From positions 60,358-92,357 of the forward strand of contig PXRK01000040.1 of NCBI GenBank assembly GCA_003021015.1: a stretch of 32,000 bases of DNA. Direction: 5' to 3'. The DNA is from Halobacteriales archaeon QS_4_66_20. GTDB lineage: Archaea; Halobacteriota; Halobacteria; Halobacteriales; Haloarculaceae. Both the position numbers and the translations under genes were made by a program. The notes under the pieces are model-generated. The model made no database searches. It saw only the letters and a list, made by a program, of their open reading frames with translations, and was not told where the DNA came from. This document shows positions 8,588 to 16,141 of the stretch, in pieces; the stretch's first letter is position 1, and each line of letters opens with the position of its first letter.

Positions 8588-10138
8588 TCAGAGGGGGATG
8601 TTGCCATGTTTCTTGTCGGGCTGTGATTTCCGTTTCGACCGCAGCATCTCCAGGTCACTGATCAGCTGTGGGCGGGTGTCCTGGGGTTCGAGCACGTCGT
8701 CGACGAACCCTCGATCCGCCGCGATGTAGGGGTTGGCAAACTGCTCGCGGTACTCCTCGATCAGTTCCTCGCGGCGCTGTTCGGGATCCTCGGCGGCCTC
8801 AAGTTCGTCGCTGTACAGCACGTTGACCGCCCCTTTCGGCCCCATCACCGCGATCTCGGCGCTCGGCCAGGCGTAGTTGACGTCCGCGCCGATGTGTTTC
8901 GAGGCCATGACGTCGTAGGCGCCGCCGTAGGCCTTCCGGGTGATAACGGTCAGCAGTGGGACCGTCGCCTCGGAGAAGGCGTACAGCAGTTTCGCGCCGT
9001 GCTTGATGATGCCGTTGTGCTCCTGGTCGGTACCGGGCATGAACCCCGGCACGTCGACGAACGTGAGAATCGGGATGTTGAACGCGTCACAAAAGCGGAC
9101 GAACCGCGCGCCCTTGACCGAGGAGTCGATGTCGAGTGTCCCGGCGTTGACCCGGGGCTGGTTCGCGACGACGCCGATGGCGTGGCCGTCGAGACGGGCA
9201 AAGCCGATCACGAGGTTGCGGGCGAACGCCTCCGCGACCTCGAAGAAGGAGCCCTCGTCGGTGATCCGATCGATCACGTCGATCATGTCGTACGGTTTCC
9301 GGGGCTGATCGGGGACGATCTCCGTGAGTTCCTCGTCGCGGCGCTCGGGGTCGTCCCAGGGGTCGACCCGCGGCGGGTCCTCGACGTTGTTCTGCGGGAG
9401 ATACGAGAGGAGGTGCCGGATGTCGTCGAGCGCCTCCTTCTCGTCGGCGGCGGTGAACTGGGCGACGCCGGACTCGGATGCGTGGGTGTTCGCGCCGCCG
9501 AGTTCGTCGAAGCCGACCTCCTCGCCGGTGACCGTTTCGATCACGTCCGGCCCGGTGATGAACATGTGGCTGGTGTCCTGGACCATCATCACGAAGTCCG
9601 TGATCGCCGGCGAGTACACCGCGCCGCCGGCGCACGGCCCCATGATCGCTGAGATCTGGGGGATGACACCGCTGGCCTGTTGATTGCGATGAAAGATGTG
9701 GGCGTACCCCGCCAGCGAGTCGATCCCCTCCTGGATGCGTGCGCCCGCGGAGTCGTTCAGGCCGATGATCGGGGCGCCGGTCTCCATCGCCCGGTCCATC
9801 ACCTTCGTCACCTTCTCGGCGAACACCTTGCCGAGCGACCCGCCAAACACCGTGAAGTCGTGGGCGAACACGAACACTTTCCGGCCGTCGACCTCGCCGT
9901 AGCCGGTGACGACCCCGTCGCCCAGCACCTCCCTGTCCTCCATGTCGAAGTTGGTGCACTGGTGGGTCCGGAACTGGTCGAACTCCACGAAGCTGTCGTC
10001 GTCGAGGAAGTAGTCGATCCGCTCGCGGGCCGTCAGTTTCCCGCGCTCGTGTTGCTTCTCGATGCGCTCCTCGCCACCTCCCTTCCGTGCCTCCGCACGG
10101 AGCCGCTGGAGCTCCTCGATGCGCTCTTCCATCGTCAT
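8588..10138 (-). CDS. pccB: Acyl-CoA (propionyl-CoA) carboxylase carboxyltransferase beta subunit
   Basis: It shows the carboxyltransferase hallmarks ERIDYFLDDDSF, FGGSLG, NDSAGARIQEG, MGPCAGGAVYSPA and AYGGAYDVM. The start could be ATG 10138 or GTG 10180. Confidence 0.9.
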   Translation of the reverse strand: MTMEERIEELQRLRAEARKGGGEERIEKQHERGKLTARERIDYFLDDDSFVEFDQFRTHQCTNFDMEDREVLGDGVVTGYGEVDGRKVFVFAHDFTVFGGSLGKVFAEKVTKVMDRAMETGAPIIGLNDSAGARIQEGIDSLAGYAHIFHRNQQASGVIPQISAIMGPCAGGAVYSPAITDFVMMVQDTSHMFITGPDVIETVTGEEVGFDELGGANTHASESGVAQFTAADEKEALDDIRHLLSYLPQNNVEDPPRVDPWDDPERRDEELTEIVPDQPRKPYDMIDVIDRITDEGSFFEVAEAFARNLVIGFARLDGHAIGVVANQPRVNAGTLDIDSSVKGARFVRFCDAFNIPILTFVDVPGFMPGTDQEHNGIIKHGAKLLYAFSEATVPLLTVITRKAYGGAYDVMASKHIGADVNYAWPSAEIAVMGPKGAVNVLYSDELEAAEDPEQRREELIEEYREQFANPYIAADRGFVDDVLEPQDTRPQLISDLEMLRSKRKSQPDKKHGNIPL

Positions 10139-10311
10139 CCGTGGTGCCTCCGGGCCATCGTTTGCTGTGCCATACACCACCGACGTACAAAGAATTCCCT
10201 AAATCGAATCGGGCCGCGGCGCTGCTCGTATACAGTAAGTTTTCACGCCTCGAACGCGTACCTGGGAACAGTGCTGCTCGCACTCGTCATCGAAACGCTG
10301 GTGGTGCTGCC

Positions 10312-10752
10312 GTGACGCGCTATCGCTCGCTCGGCGCCGCAATCCCGTTCGGACCCCCGACGTCAGGCGCCGGCTTCGCCGTCCTGCTCGGCGACCTGGC
10401 GGTCATCACCGGACTCGTGTCCTTCGGTCTCCTCTCGCACAACATCCCCGACCCGTGGCAGTACCCGGGCTACCTGCTCAGCCGCATCCTCCCGTTCCTT
10501 CTCGCCTGGCTCGCGGTCTCGCCGTTCTTCCGGCTGTTCGACCGCGACCGACTGGAGAGCTACTGGCTGACGCTGCTCGCCGTGGTGCCTGCCTGGATCG
10601 GAGCGGCGGTCCTCGGGGCAGCGATCCGTGCGGTCGCCACGTCCGGCGGCGCCTCGCCCGTGTTCGTCGGCGTCATGAGCGGTTTCGGGCTGCTCGCGCT
10701 GACGCCATGGCGGTTGTCGGCCGTGACGCTTTACCGCCGTCAGACAGGCTGA
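10312..10752 (+). CDS. DUF3054-like integral membrane protein
   Basis: It has four predicted hydrophobic segments. The GTG start at 10312 is chosen because the upstream part of track ORF 10087..10752 overlaps pccB antisense and is Arg/Pro-rich. Confidence 0.6.
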   Translation: MTRYRSLGAAIPFGPPTSGAGFAVLLGDLAVITGLVSFGLLSHNIPDPWQYPGYLLSRILPFLLAWLAVSPFFRLFDRDRLESYWLTLLAVVPAWIGAAVLGAAIRAVATSGGASPVFVGVMSGFGLLALTPWRLSAVTLYRRQTG

Positions 10753-10805
10753 TACGGTCGTGGCCTGCCACGTCGAGAACCCGCAGGGGGTCGATCGGGT
10801 GATCG

Positions 10806-10812
10806 TTTATAC
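10806..10812 (+). promoter_or_regulatory. Candidate TATA box for the glutamine amidotransferase gene
   Basis: cgTTTATACtcc is centred 28 nt upstream of the ATG at 10837. Confidence 0.35.
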
Positions 10813-10836
10813 TCCTCCAGTGACTACGGAGGGCAT

Positions 10837-11568
10837 ATGTCGAGGCCACGACTCTGCCTGCTGATGGCGTCGTACGACGCCGAGAACACCCGGCGCAATT
10901 TCCGCCGGGAGCTGGACGCGGACCTGGTCGAGTTCCACACGCCGGAGGGCGAACTCCCGCCGCCGGAGACGGCTGGGGCGTTCGAGGCGTTCGACGGCTG
11001 CGTCGTGACGGGGTCGCGGGCGTCGGTCTACTGGGAGGACAAGTGGATCGAGGACGTGGCCGAGTGGGTCGCCGAGGCTATCGCCGACGGCATGCCGTTC
11101 CTGGGTGTCTGCTGGGGCCACCAGCTGCTGGCCCACGTCCTCGGGGGCGACGTCGAGGACATGGGCGAGTACGAGATTGGCTACCGGACCGTGTCACAGG
11201 TCGGCGACTCGCGGCTCTTTGCCGGCCTCGACGACGAGTTCACCGCCTTCGAGACGCACTCGGACTCCGTCGCGGCGCTTCCCGAGGGGGCGGAGTTGAT
11301 CGCCGAAAACGAGTACGGGATCCAGGGGTTCCAAGAGGGGGACGTGTTCGGCGTCCAGTTCCACCCCGAGTACGACCAGCGGACGGCAGCGACGGTCACC
11401 CGGGGCAAGGAGTCGCTCTCACAGGAGCGCATTGACGCGGTTCTGGAGGGGATCACAGACGAGGCCTACGCCGAAGCCTGCGAGACGAAACAGCTGTTCG
11501 ACAACTTCGTCGGGCTGGTGTGCGAGCGGCGGGCAGCGGCGCTCGGCGCCCGTCCAACCCAGGACTGA
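10837..11568 (+). CDS. Class I glutamine amidotransferase (GMP synthase-like GATase1 domain)
   Basis: It has the nucleophile elbow GVCWGHQLL and the catalytic motif FGVQFHPE. The stop TGA (11566-11568) overlaps the first base of a family-B element. Confidence 0.85.
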   Translation: MSRPRLCLLMASYDAENTRRNFRRELDADLVEFHTPEGELPPPETAGAFEAFDGCVVTGSRASVYWEDKWIEDVAEWVAEAIADGMPFLGVCWGHQLLAHVLGGDVEDMGEYEIGYRTVSQVGDSRLFAGLDDEFTAFETHSDSVAALPEGAELIAENEYGIQGFQEGDVFGVQFHPEYDQRTAATVTRGKESLSQERIDAVLEGITDEAYAEACETKQLFDNFVGLVCERRAAALGARPTQD

Positions 11569-11760
11569 TACTGCCGGACGTGATTCCGTTACTACCCGGA
11601 TAGCACTCAGCATCTGATAGTGATTATTGTGAGTCGTTCCGGTATCGACCGCGGTACTGCGTGCGGTCGACCCGGTAAACAGTCACAATAATCACTATGA
11701 GACAACCGAAAACCCCAGTCCGAGCATCACTCGGAGTAACATAGTCACGTCCGGCAGTAT
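11568..11760. mobile_element. Family-B MITE-like element (193 bp) carrying a nested family-A element
   Basis: The left end is atactgccggacgtgattccgttact. The reverse complement of the right end is atactgccggacgtgactatgttact, which matches at 16/16 terminal nt and extends to about 30. Confidence 0.7.
11617..11698. mobile_element. Family-A short variant (82 bp), nested
   Basis: The TIRs are atagtgattattgtgag and (reverse complement) atagtgattattgtgac. The interior is itself a hairpin: ccggtatcgaccgc...gcggtcgacccgg. Confidence 0.7.
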
Positions 11761-11773
11761 GACGACGCCCCGA

Positions 11774-12238
11774 TCAGGAGAAGCGGCCGGTTTCTCCGCC
11801 GCAGGTTTCACAGATTGTCACCAGCGCATCCTCGCCGTCAGCCCGCTCGATGCGGGTCGGCTGCCGTCCACCGCAGCCCGCACACTCCCGGGTCAGTTCG
11901 GTGTCGCTGTCCGGGGGCGCGCCCAGCGCGAGCGCACGCAGTCGCTCGTCGCCGTCGTTGCGTCCGAGTTGCCACTCGCCGGGTTCGAAGCGGATAGCCC
12001 CGTCGCCGGAGACGGTAACGTCGCCGTCCTCCGTCTCGAACGTCGCTGTCCCATCCAGGACGTAGAACACCTCCTCCTGGTCCGGGTGGCGGTGGTAGCC
12101 GAACCCGAACTGCTCACCGGGTTCGAGTTCGAAGTAGTTGATCGCGACGTTCTCGGCTCCCAGCGCCTTCGCGAGCGGGCGCCGTTCCGACGCCGGGCTT
12201 ATCCAGGACTCGACGTCCGCGATTGGGACGCGTTTCAT
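11774..12238 (-). CDS. Cupin-domain protein with C-terminal zinc ribbon
   Basis: The cupin motif is GYHRHPDQEEVFYVLDG. The C-terminus carries CAGCG...CETCGG. Start at MKRVPIADV. Confidence 0.8.
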   Translation of the reverse strand: MKRVPIADVESWISPASERRPLAKALGAENVAINYFELEPGEQFGFGYHRHPDQEEVFYVLDGTATFETEDGDVTVSGDGAIRFEPGEWQLGRNDGDERLRALALGAPPDSDTELTRECAGCGGRQPTRIERADGEDALVTICETCGGETGRFS

Positions 12239-12376
12239 GCTCGCGTGTTTTGCGGCGCAGTACAAACAGGTTGGGGTTGCCGAAGCGACTGGCTGGCCCG
12301 CAGAGATGCGGGCGGCCGGGAGGGACTGACGGGGCGACGGGGGTGGGGACCGGGATGGCGGACTGTCGCGATGGGG

Positions 12377-12541
12377 TCACTCCGCGCGGTCGACGTCGAG
12401 CTGGTCGTCGAGGTCCTCGATCCACTCCGAGTCTGCGAGTTCCTCCATCTGCTCGCGGAAGTGTGCTTCACAGACGCCGACCCGCACGCCGTCCTTCTCG
12501 ACCACGACGTCGGCACTGCCATCGCAGTAGTGACATTCCAT
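12377..12541 (-). CDS. Small zinc-finger protein (54 aa)
   Basis: MECHYCDGSADVVVEKDGVRVGVCEAHF has a CxxC...CxxH pattern and is followed by an acidic tail. The longer track start at 12625 overlaps the PHP gene end. Confidence 0.55.
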   Translation of the reverse strand: MECHYCDGSADVVVEKDGVRVGVCEAHFREQMEELADSEWIEDLDDQLDVDRAE

Positions 12542-12606
12542 ACTACATCTTACAGACCGTGTAAGTTGAACCCTGCGGAGGAGCGGGCCTCTGCCGGGAC
12601 CGTCGT

Positions 12607-13386
12607 TTATATACCGGCGGAGCACCGGAACTGCTCGAACGCCTCTCCGTCCAGCCCCGCCAGCCCGAGCGTCTCGTCGTGTGCGTCGCTCCCGCCGGTC
12701 ACGAGTAGGTCGTGCTCGCGGGCGAGCCTGGCTGCGGGCTCGACGTCCACCTCGCGGCTGTAGGGATAGGCAACCTCGACGGCGTCCAGTTCTCTCGCCC
12801 GTTCCAGCGCCGCCCCCGGTTGCCCGTACCGGAACGGGTGCGCGAGCCCGACGACGTCACAGGCCCCCGACAGGATCCGGGTACCCTCCTCGAACGAGGG
12901 GATGTCCCGGGACACGTAGCACGGGTCGCCGTCGCCGATCATGCCGTCGAAGGCATCGTCGTACCCGACGTCGGCTTCGCTGTCCGCGATGGCACGGGCG
13001 ATGTGGGGCCGGCCGACGCCCGGTTCGAACGGCACCGCCAGGTCGACGCCGAGCCTGTCCTCCACGCACTCGACGATGGCCCGCGCACGCTCCACGCGGT
13101 CAGTCTGGAGATGCTCGACCAGCCCCTGGAGGTCGTCGGTTCGCTCGACGCCGTAGCCCAGCAGGTCGATCCGTTGGACCGGCGTTTCGACCCTGAGCTC
13201 GATGCCGTGGATCACCGTGATGCCGTCGAGGGTACTGACGCCGTCCGCCAGGTCCGGATGGAGTCTGTCGTGATCCGTCACCGCGACGGCCGTCAAATCT
13301 GCGCACTTCGCCGCCGGCGCCAGCGTCTCCAGTGTGAGCGTGCCGTCGGAGTTCGTCGTATGAACGTGCAGGTCAGCGACAGTCAT
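12607..13386 (-). CDS. PHP-domain metal-dependent phosphoesterase (TrpH/YciV-like)
   Basis: ADLHVHTTNSDG, AVTDHD and GGSDAHD. Confidence 0.85.
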   Translation of the reverse strand: MTVADLHVHTTNSDGTLTLETLAPAAKCADLTAVAVTDHDRLHPDLADGVSTLDGITVIHGIELRVETPVQRIDLLGYGVERTDDLQGLVEHLQTDRVERARAIVECVEDRLGVDLAVPFEPGVGRPHIARAIADSEADVGYDDAFDGMIGDGDPCYVSRDIPSFEEGTRILSGACDVVGLAHPFRYGQPGAALERARELDAVEVAYPYSREVDVEPAARLAREHDLLVTGGSDAHDETLGLAGLDGEAFEQFRCSAGI

Positions 13387-13415
13387 CTACCTCAACGGGG
13401 TGTCCGGGCGCGTGA

Positions 13416-13688
13416 TCACTGGAGACGTTCCCCGCAGTGCTTGCAGAAGGTGAACATCGGGTCGTTCTCGTTGTACGCCCCGCAGTTCGAACAGCTCGCG
13501 GCGTCCGTGTCGGCGACCCCCTCGGGTGCCTCCACTGCACCGCTGGACCGTTCGGGTGCGCTCGGCGGCGCCGTTCCGGGGGACGACTCCGCTCCAGTCG
13601 ACCGACCTTTGATGAAGTACAGGTACAGGTACACCTGCAACAGGGCAAACCCGATGACGTACGCCACGAGCCAGGCCCAGGTTTCCAT
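13416..13688 (-). CDS. Membrane-anchored zinc-ribbon protein (90 aa)
   Basis: It has one N-terminal TM helix (WAWLVAYVIGFALLQVYLYLYFI), a Pro/Ser/Ala linker and a C-terminal CSNCG...CKHCG. Confidence 0.65.
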   Translation of the reverse strand: METWAWLVAYVIGFALLQVYLYLYFIKGRSTGAESSPGTAPPSAPERSSGAVEAPEGVADTDAASCSNCGAYNENDPMFTFCKHCGERLQ

Positions 13689-13784
13689 ACCGTATGGTAC
13701 GGCGTCACACTACTTGGGTATTTGGGATCAGTCCGACACGGGCACGCGGGAAACGCATTTGACTGCCTGTCCCCAACGGTGGGT

Positions 13785-13997
13785 ATGGCGAGCGAACCCT
13801 GCGACGGCTGTGGCCAGAAGGTGAACATCGGGGGTGGGATCGCGGACATCTGGACGCTGGAGAACCGCCAGACCGAAGGGATGACGCTCGAACTCGCCGA
13901 CGGGACCGAACACTTTCTCTGTTATGACTGCATGGACCGGCTGCCCGACGACAGGGATGTCGTGGCCGCGGACGTCCGGAACCTCTGCGAGGAGTAG
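13785..13997 (+). CDS. Small zinc-ribbon protein (70 aa)
   Basis: MASEPCDGCGQK...FLCYDCMDRL (CxxC...CxxC), acidic. This is the ATG-initiated C-terminal part of track ORF 13437..13997; the upstream part is antisense to the previous gene. Confidence 0.6.
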   Translation: MASEPCDGCGQKVNIGGGIADIWTLENRQTEGMTLELADGTEHFLCYDCMDRLPDDRDVVAADVRNLCEE

Positions 13998-14022
13998 GGC
14001 CTGCCCGCGAGTACGGCGCCGT

Positions 14023-15063
14023 TCAGTGCTCGTGGGCGATCCGTTCGCCAGTGTCGAGCCCGTTTCCCAGCGCCGCGTGCAGGCGACCTTCGCCAGCGAC
14101 CCAGTCGCCGAGGAGATACAGGTCCTGCGTGGCCGCGCTGTCGACGACGCCCGAGGAAACCCCAGTTTCGGGCAGCGCGTACCGCCACCGCTGGTGGTCG
14201 ACCCAGGCCGGGTCGGCGAGCCGCTCGTCGCCGATGACGTCTGCTGTGAGCCCCGCAAGTTCGTCGGTCACGAACCCCGGGGAGGCCTCCAGGTGCTGGA
14301 GTGACCAGTCGTGGTTCGCCTGGACGATCAGGACCGACTCGCCGTCGGGGACGTGGCCCGGCTTGCACTCCTCGCGAGCGATCCACCCGATCTCGTGGTC
14401 CTTCCCGGGGTTGACCAGCGCGTAGTACGGGGTCGAGAGCTCGAACTCGTAGCCGAGGATCGCCGTCCAGATCCGTCGGTACTCGACAGCCGAGAGAGCG
14501 TCGACGAGTTCCGATCGGAGCGGGTCGTCCCAGGCAGCCTCCCGGAGCAGGGCCCCGGTCTGTGGTGCCGGCGGATTCGCAAGGAGGACGTCGAACGGTC
14601 CCCACTCCTCGCCGTCGGTGTCGGAGAGCGTCCAGGTGCCTGCCCCCTCGTCGCGCCTAATCCCCTCGACGCGGGTCCGGCGGTGCACGGTCGCGTCCGT
14701 CGCGCCGAACAGCCGTTTCGCGACGCTCGTCAAGCCGTCGCGGTAGGTCCACTTCTCACCCTCGTTGTCGCGTCCTTCCGAGATAGTTTCCTCTTCGTCG
14801 AACACGTAGATCGGCTCCTCGACCGAGACGAGCCCTTCCGCAGAGAGCTGTTCGGTCACCAGGTCCGCGACGCGCTCCTCTTCGTCTTTGAGGTAGTTCG
14901 CACCGTAGTCGTAGGTGATCGGGCCCCGGCGGCGCGTCGCTGCCCGGCCACAGACGCCGCCGGATTTCTCCAGCACGGTGACCGTGGCTTCGGGGCGCGT
15001 TTCGTCCAGCACGTAGGTGGCTGCCGCGGCGGCGCCACCGGCGCCGATGACACCGATGTGCAT
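14023..15063 (-). CDS. NAD(P)/FAD-dependent oxidoreductase (renalase-like)
   Basis: The N-terminal dinucleotide-binding motif is MHIGVIGAGGAAAAATYVL..VTVLEKS. Acidic composition. Confidence 0.8.
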   Translation of the reverse strand: MHIGVIGAGGAAAAATYVLDETRPEATVTVLEKSGGVCGRAATRRRGPITYDYGANYLKDEEERVADLVTEQLSAEGLVSVEEPIYVFDEEETISEGRDNEGEKWTYRDGLTSVAKRLFGATDATVHRRTRVEGIRRDEGAGTWTLSDTDGEEWGPFDVLLANPPAPQTGALLREAAWDDPLRSELVDALSAVEYRRIWTAILGYEFELSTPYYALVNPGKDHEIGWIAREECKPGHVPDGESVLIVQANHDWSLQHLEASPGFVTDELAGLTADVIGDERLADPAWVDHQRWRYALPETGVSSGVVDSAATQDLYLLGDWVAGEGRLHAALGNGLDTGERIAHEH

Positions 15064-15089
15064 GCCCGACGGTTGGATTCCAGGGACTA

Positions 15090-15200
15090 ATAGTGATTGT
15101 TGTGATTATTTTCGGCACCATGTCGCAATAGCGGCGATTTCACGGCCCGAAACTGGCGTCTGAGGAATACCCGGCGGTAAAGAGTCACAACAATCACTAT
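15090..15200. mobile_element. Family-A MITE-like element, full 111-bp copy (forward orientation)
   Basis: It runs atagtgattgttgtga...tcacaacaatcactat. It differs at 7 of 111 positions from the copy at 28360-28470. No ORF. Confidence 0.75.
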
Positions 15201-15215
15201 CAGAGGGTGTAGCTG

Positions 15216-15230
15216 ATACTGTCGGACGTG
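15216..15230. repeat. Solo family-B terminus
   Basis: ctgATACTGTCGGACGTGgg is identical to the first 15 nt of the copy at 3622. No partner end was found. Confidence 0.4.
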
Positions 15231-15321
15231 GGATCTTTATAGCTAGAGGGGGGCCGATCGGCTACGTCCAGATAGCTAGCCACGGATTGTAGGATGCAGA
15301 GTGGAGACAACTACAGTAACA

Positions 15322-15714
15322 ATGGCGACGAAGCTACCCGCCCGTGATCCGGTCCAGCGCAGAGACGGACGTACAGAGGCCCTCGACGAGGAAACCGGTG
15401 CCCAGGCGGCGTCCGGTGAGGAGTTGCTCGAACTGCTCGGCGACGAGTACACGCGTCGCGTCCTCCAGGCAGTCGTCTCGGAACCCAAAAGCGGACGTGA
15501 GGTCGTCGAGGAAGCGTCCGTGTCGAAGGCGACCGCGTACCGCCGACTGGAGACCCTCCAGGAAGCAGGGCTCGTGGAGTCGAGGACCGTGTTCGACCCA
15601 GACGGTCACCACCACGAGCAGTTCCGGGCGATCCTCGACGGCGTGACAGTCGAACTGCGAAACGAGAGCGTCACGACGACGATCCATACCGACGCATCCC
15701 CCGCTGACGATTGA
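15322..15714 (+). CDS. Winged-helix (ArsR-like) transcriptional regulator
   Basis: ELLELLGDEYTRRVLQAVVSEPKSGREVVEEASVSKATAYRRLETLQEAGLVE. ATG at 15322; a GTG at 15301 is also possible. Confidence 0.75.
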   Translation: MATKLPARDPVQRRDGRTEALDEETGAQAASGEELLELLGDEYTRRVLQAVVSEPKSGREVVEEASVSKATAYRRLETLQEAGLVESRTVFDPDGHHHEQFRAILDGVTVELRNESVTTTIHTDASPADD

Positions 15715-15899
15715 CGAGCGGCGCCTTTCTGGCGTCGATGTGGCGGCGCCGGGCAGAACCGCTGGCGCTCCCCCTGCTGGACGTCGCCGTCCGCGACGAT
15801 GGCCCTAGAATCCCGGAGCACGAACAGGCAGTCCTCCTGGAAGGCGAGGAGACGCCGCTGAGCCACGGGAGCGGCCTCGGGCTCTGGCTCGTCTACTGA
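15711..15899 (+). pseudogene. Histidine-kinase remnant (part of the HATPase_c domain only)
   Basis: LDVAVRDDGPRIPEHEQAVLLEGEETPLSHGSGLGLWLVY contains degenerate G1 and intact G2 boxes. There is no HisKA or N box. The track start is a TTG. The C-terminus is cut by the family-A terminus, which supplies the TGA. Confidence 0.7.
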
Positions 15900-15988
15900 T
15901 ACTGATTGTTGTGACTCGTTACCTCGGGTATTCGCCAGACGCCAGTTTCGGGACGTGAAACCGCCGCTACTGCGATGTCGTGCCGAAA
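15899..15988. mobile_element. Family-A element, reverse orientation, one TIR missing
   Basis: atactgattgttgtgactcgttacctcgggtattcgccagacgccagtttcggg... aligns with the reverse complement of 28360-28470. It diverges after ...gtgccgaaa into a local inverted duplication (gtgaaaccgccgcta / tagcggcggttcgtcac). Confidence 0.65.
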
Positions 15989-16141
15989 GTAAATAGCGGC
16001 GGTTCGTCACGAAAACTCTGTATAGCTAGGCTCCACCACTAAGAGTGGGGAGCTACAAGAAGACGTTAGCATGAGCGCACCGGCCCACGACCGAACCGGC
16101 GACGACTCCGTCGTTCGGGCCACTGTCCGCCGAGCCAGCAT

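Noticed and set aside
10087-10311. An N-terminal extension of the DUF3054 ORF (track start 10087)
   Set aside because: The extension overlaps the pccB 5' end antisense and is Pro/Arg/Ala-rich. The membrane protein begins sensibly at the in-frame GTG at 10312.
12318-12354. A G-quadruplex-type motif (six G3-5 tracts, e.g. GGGGcgacGGGGGtGGGGaccGGG) between the cupin and zinc-finger genes
   Set aside because: G-tract clusters are expected by chance in 66% GC DNA. It has no positional link to a start site and there is no second occurrence. It is not worth more than a note.
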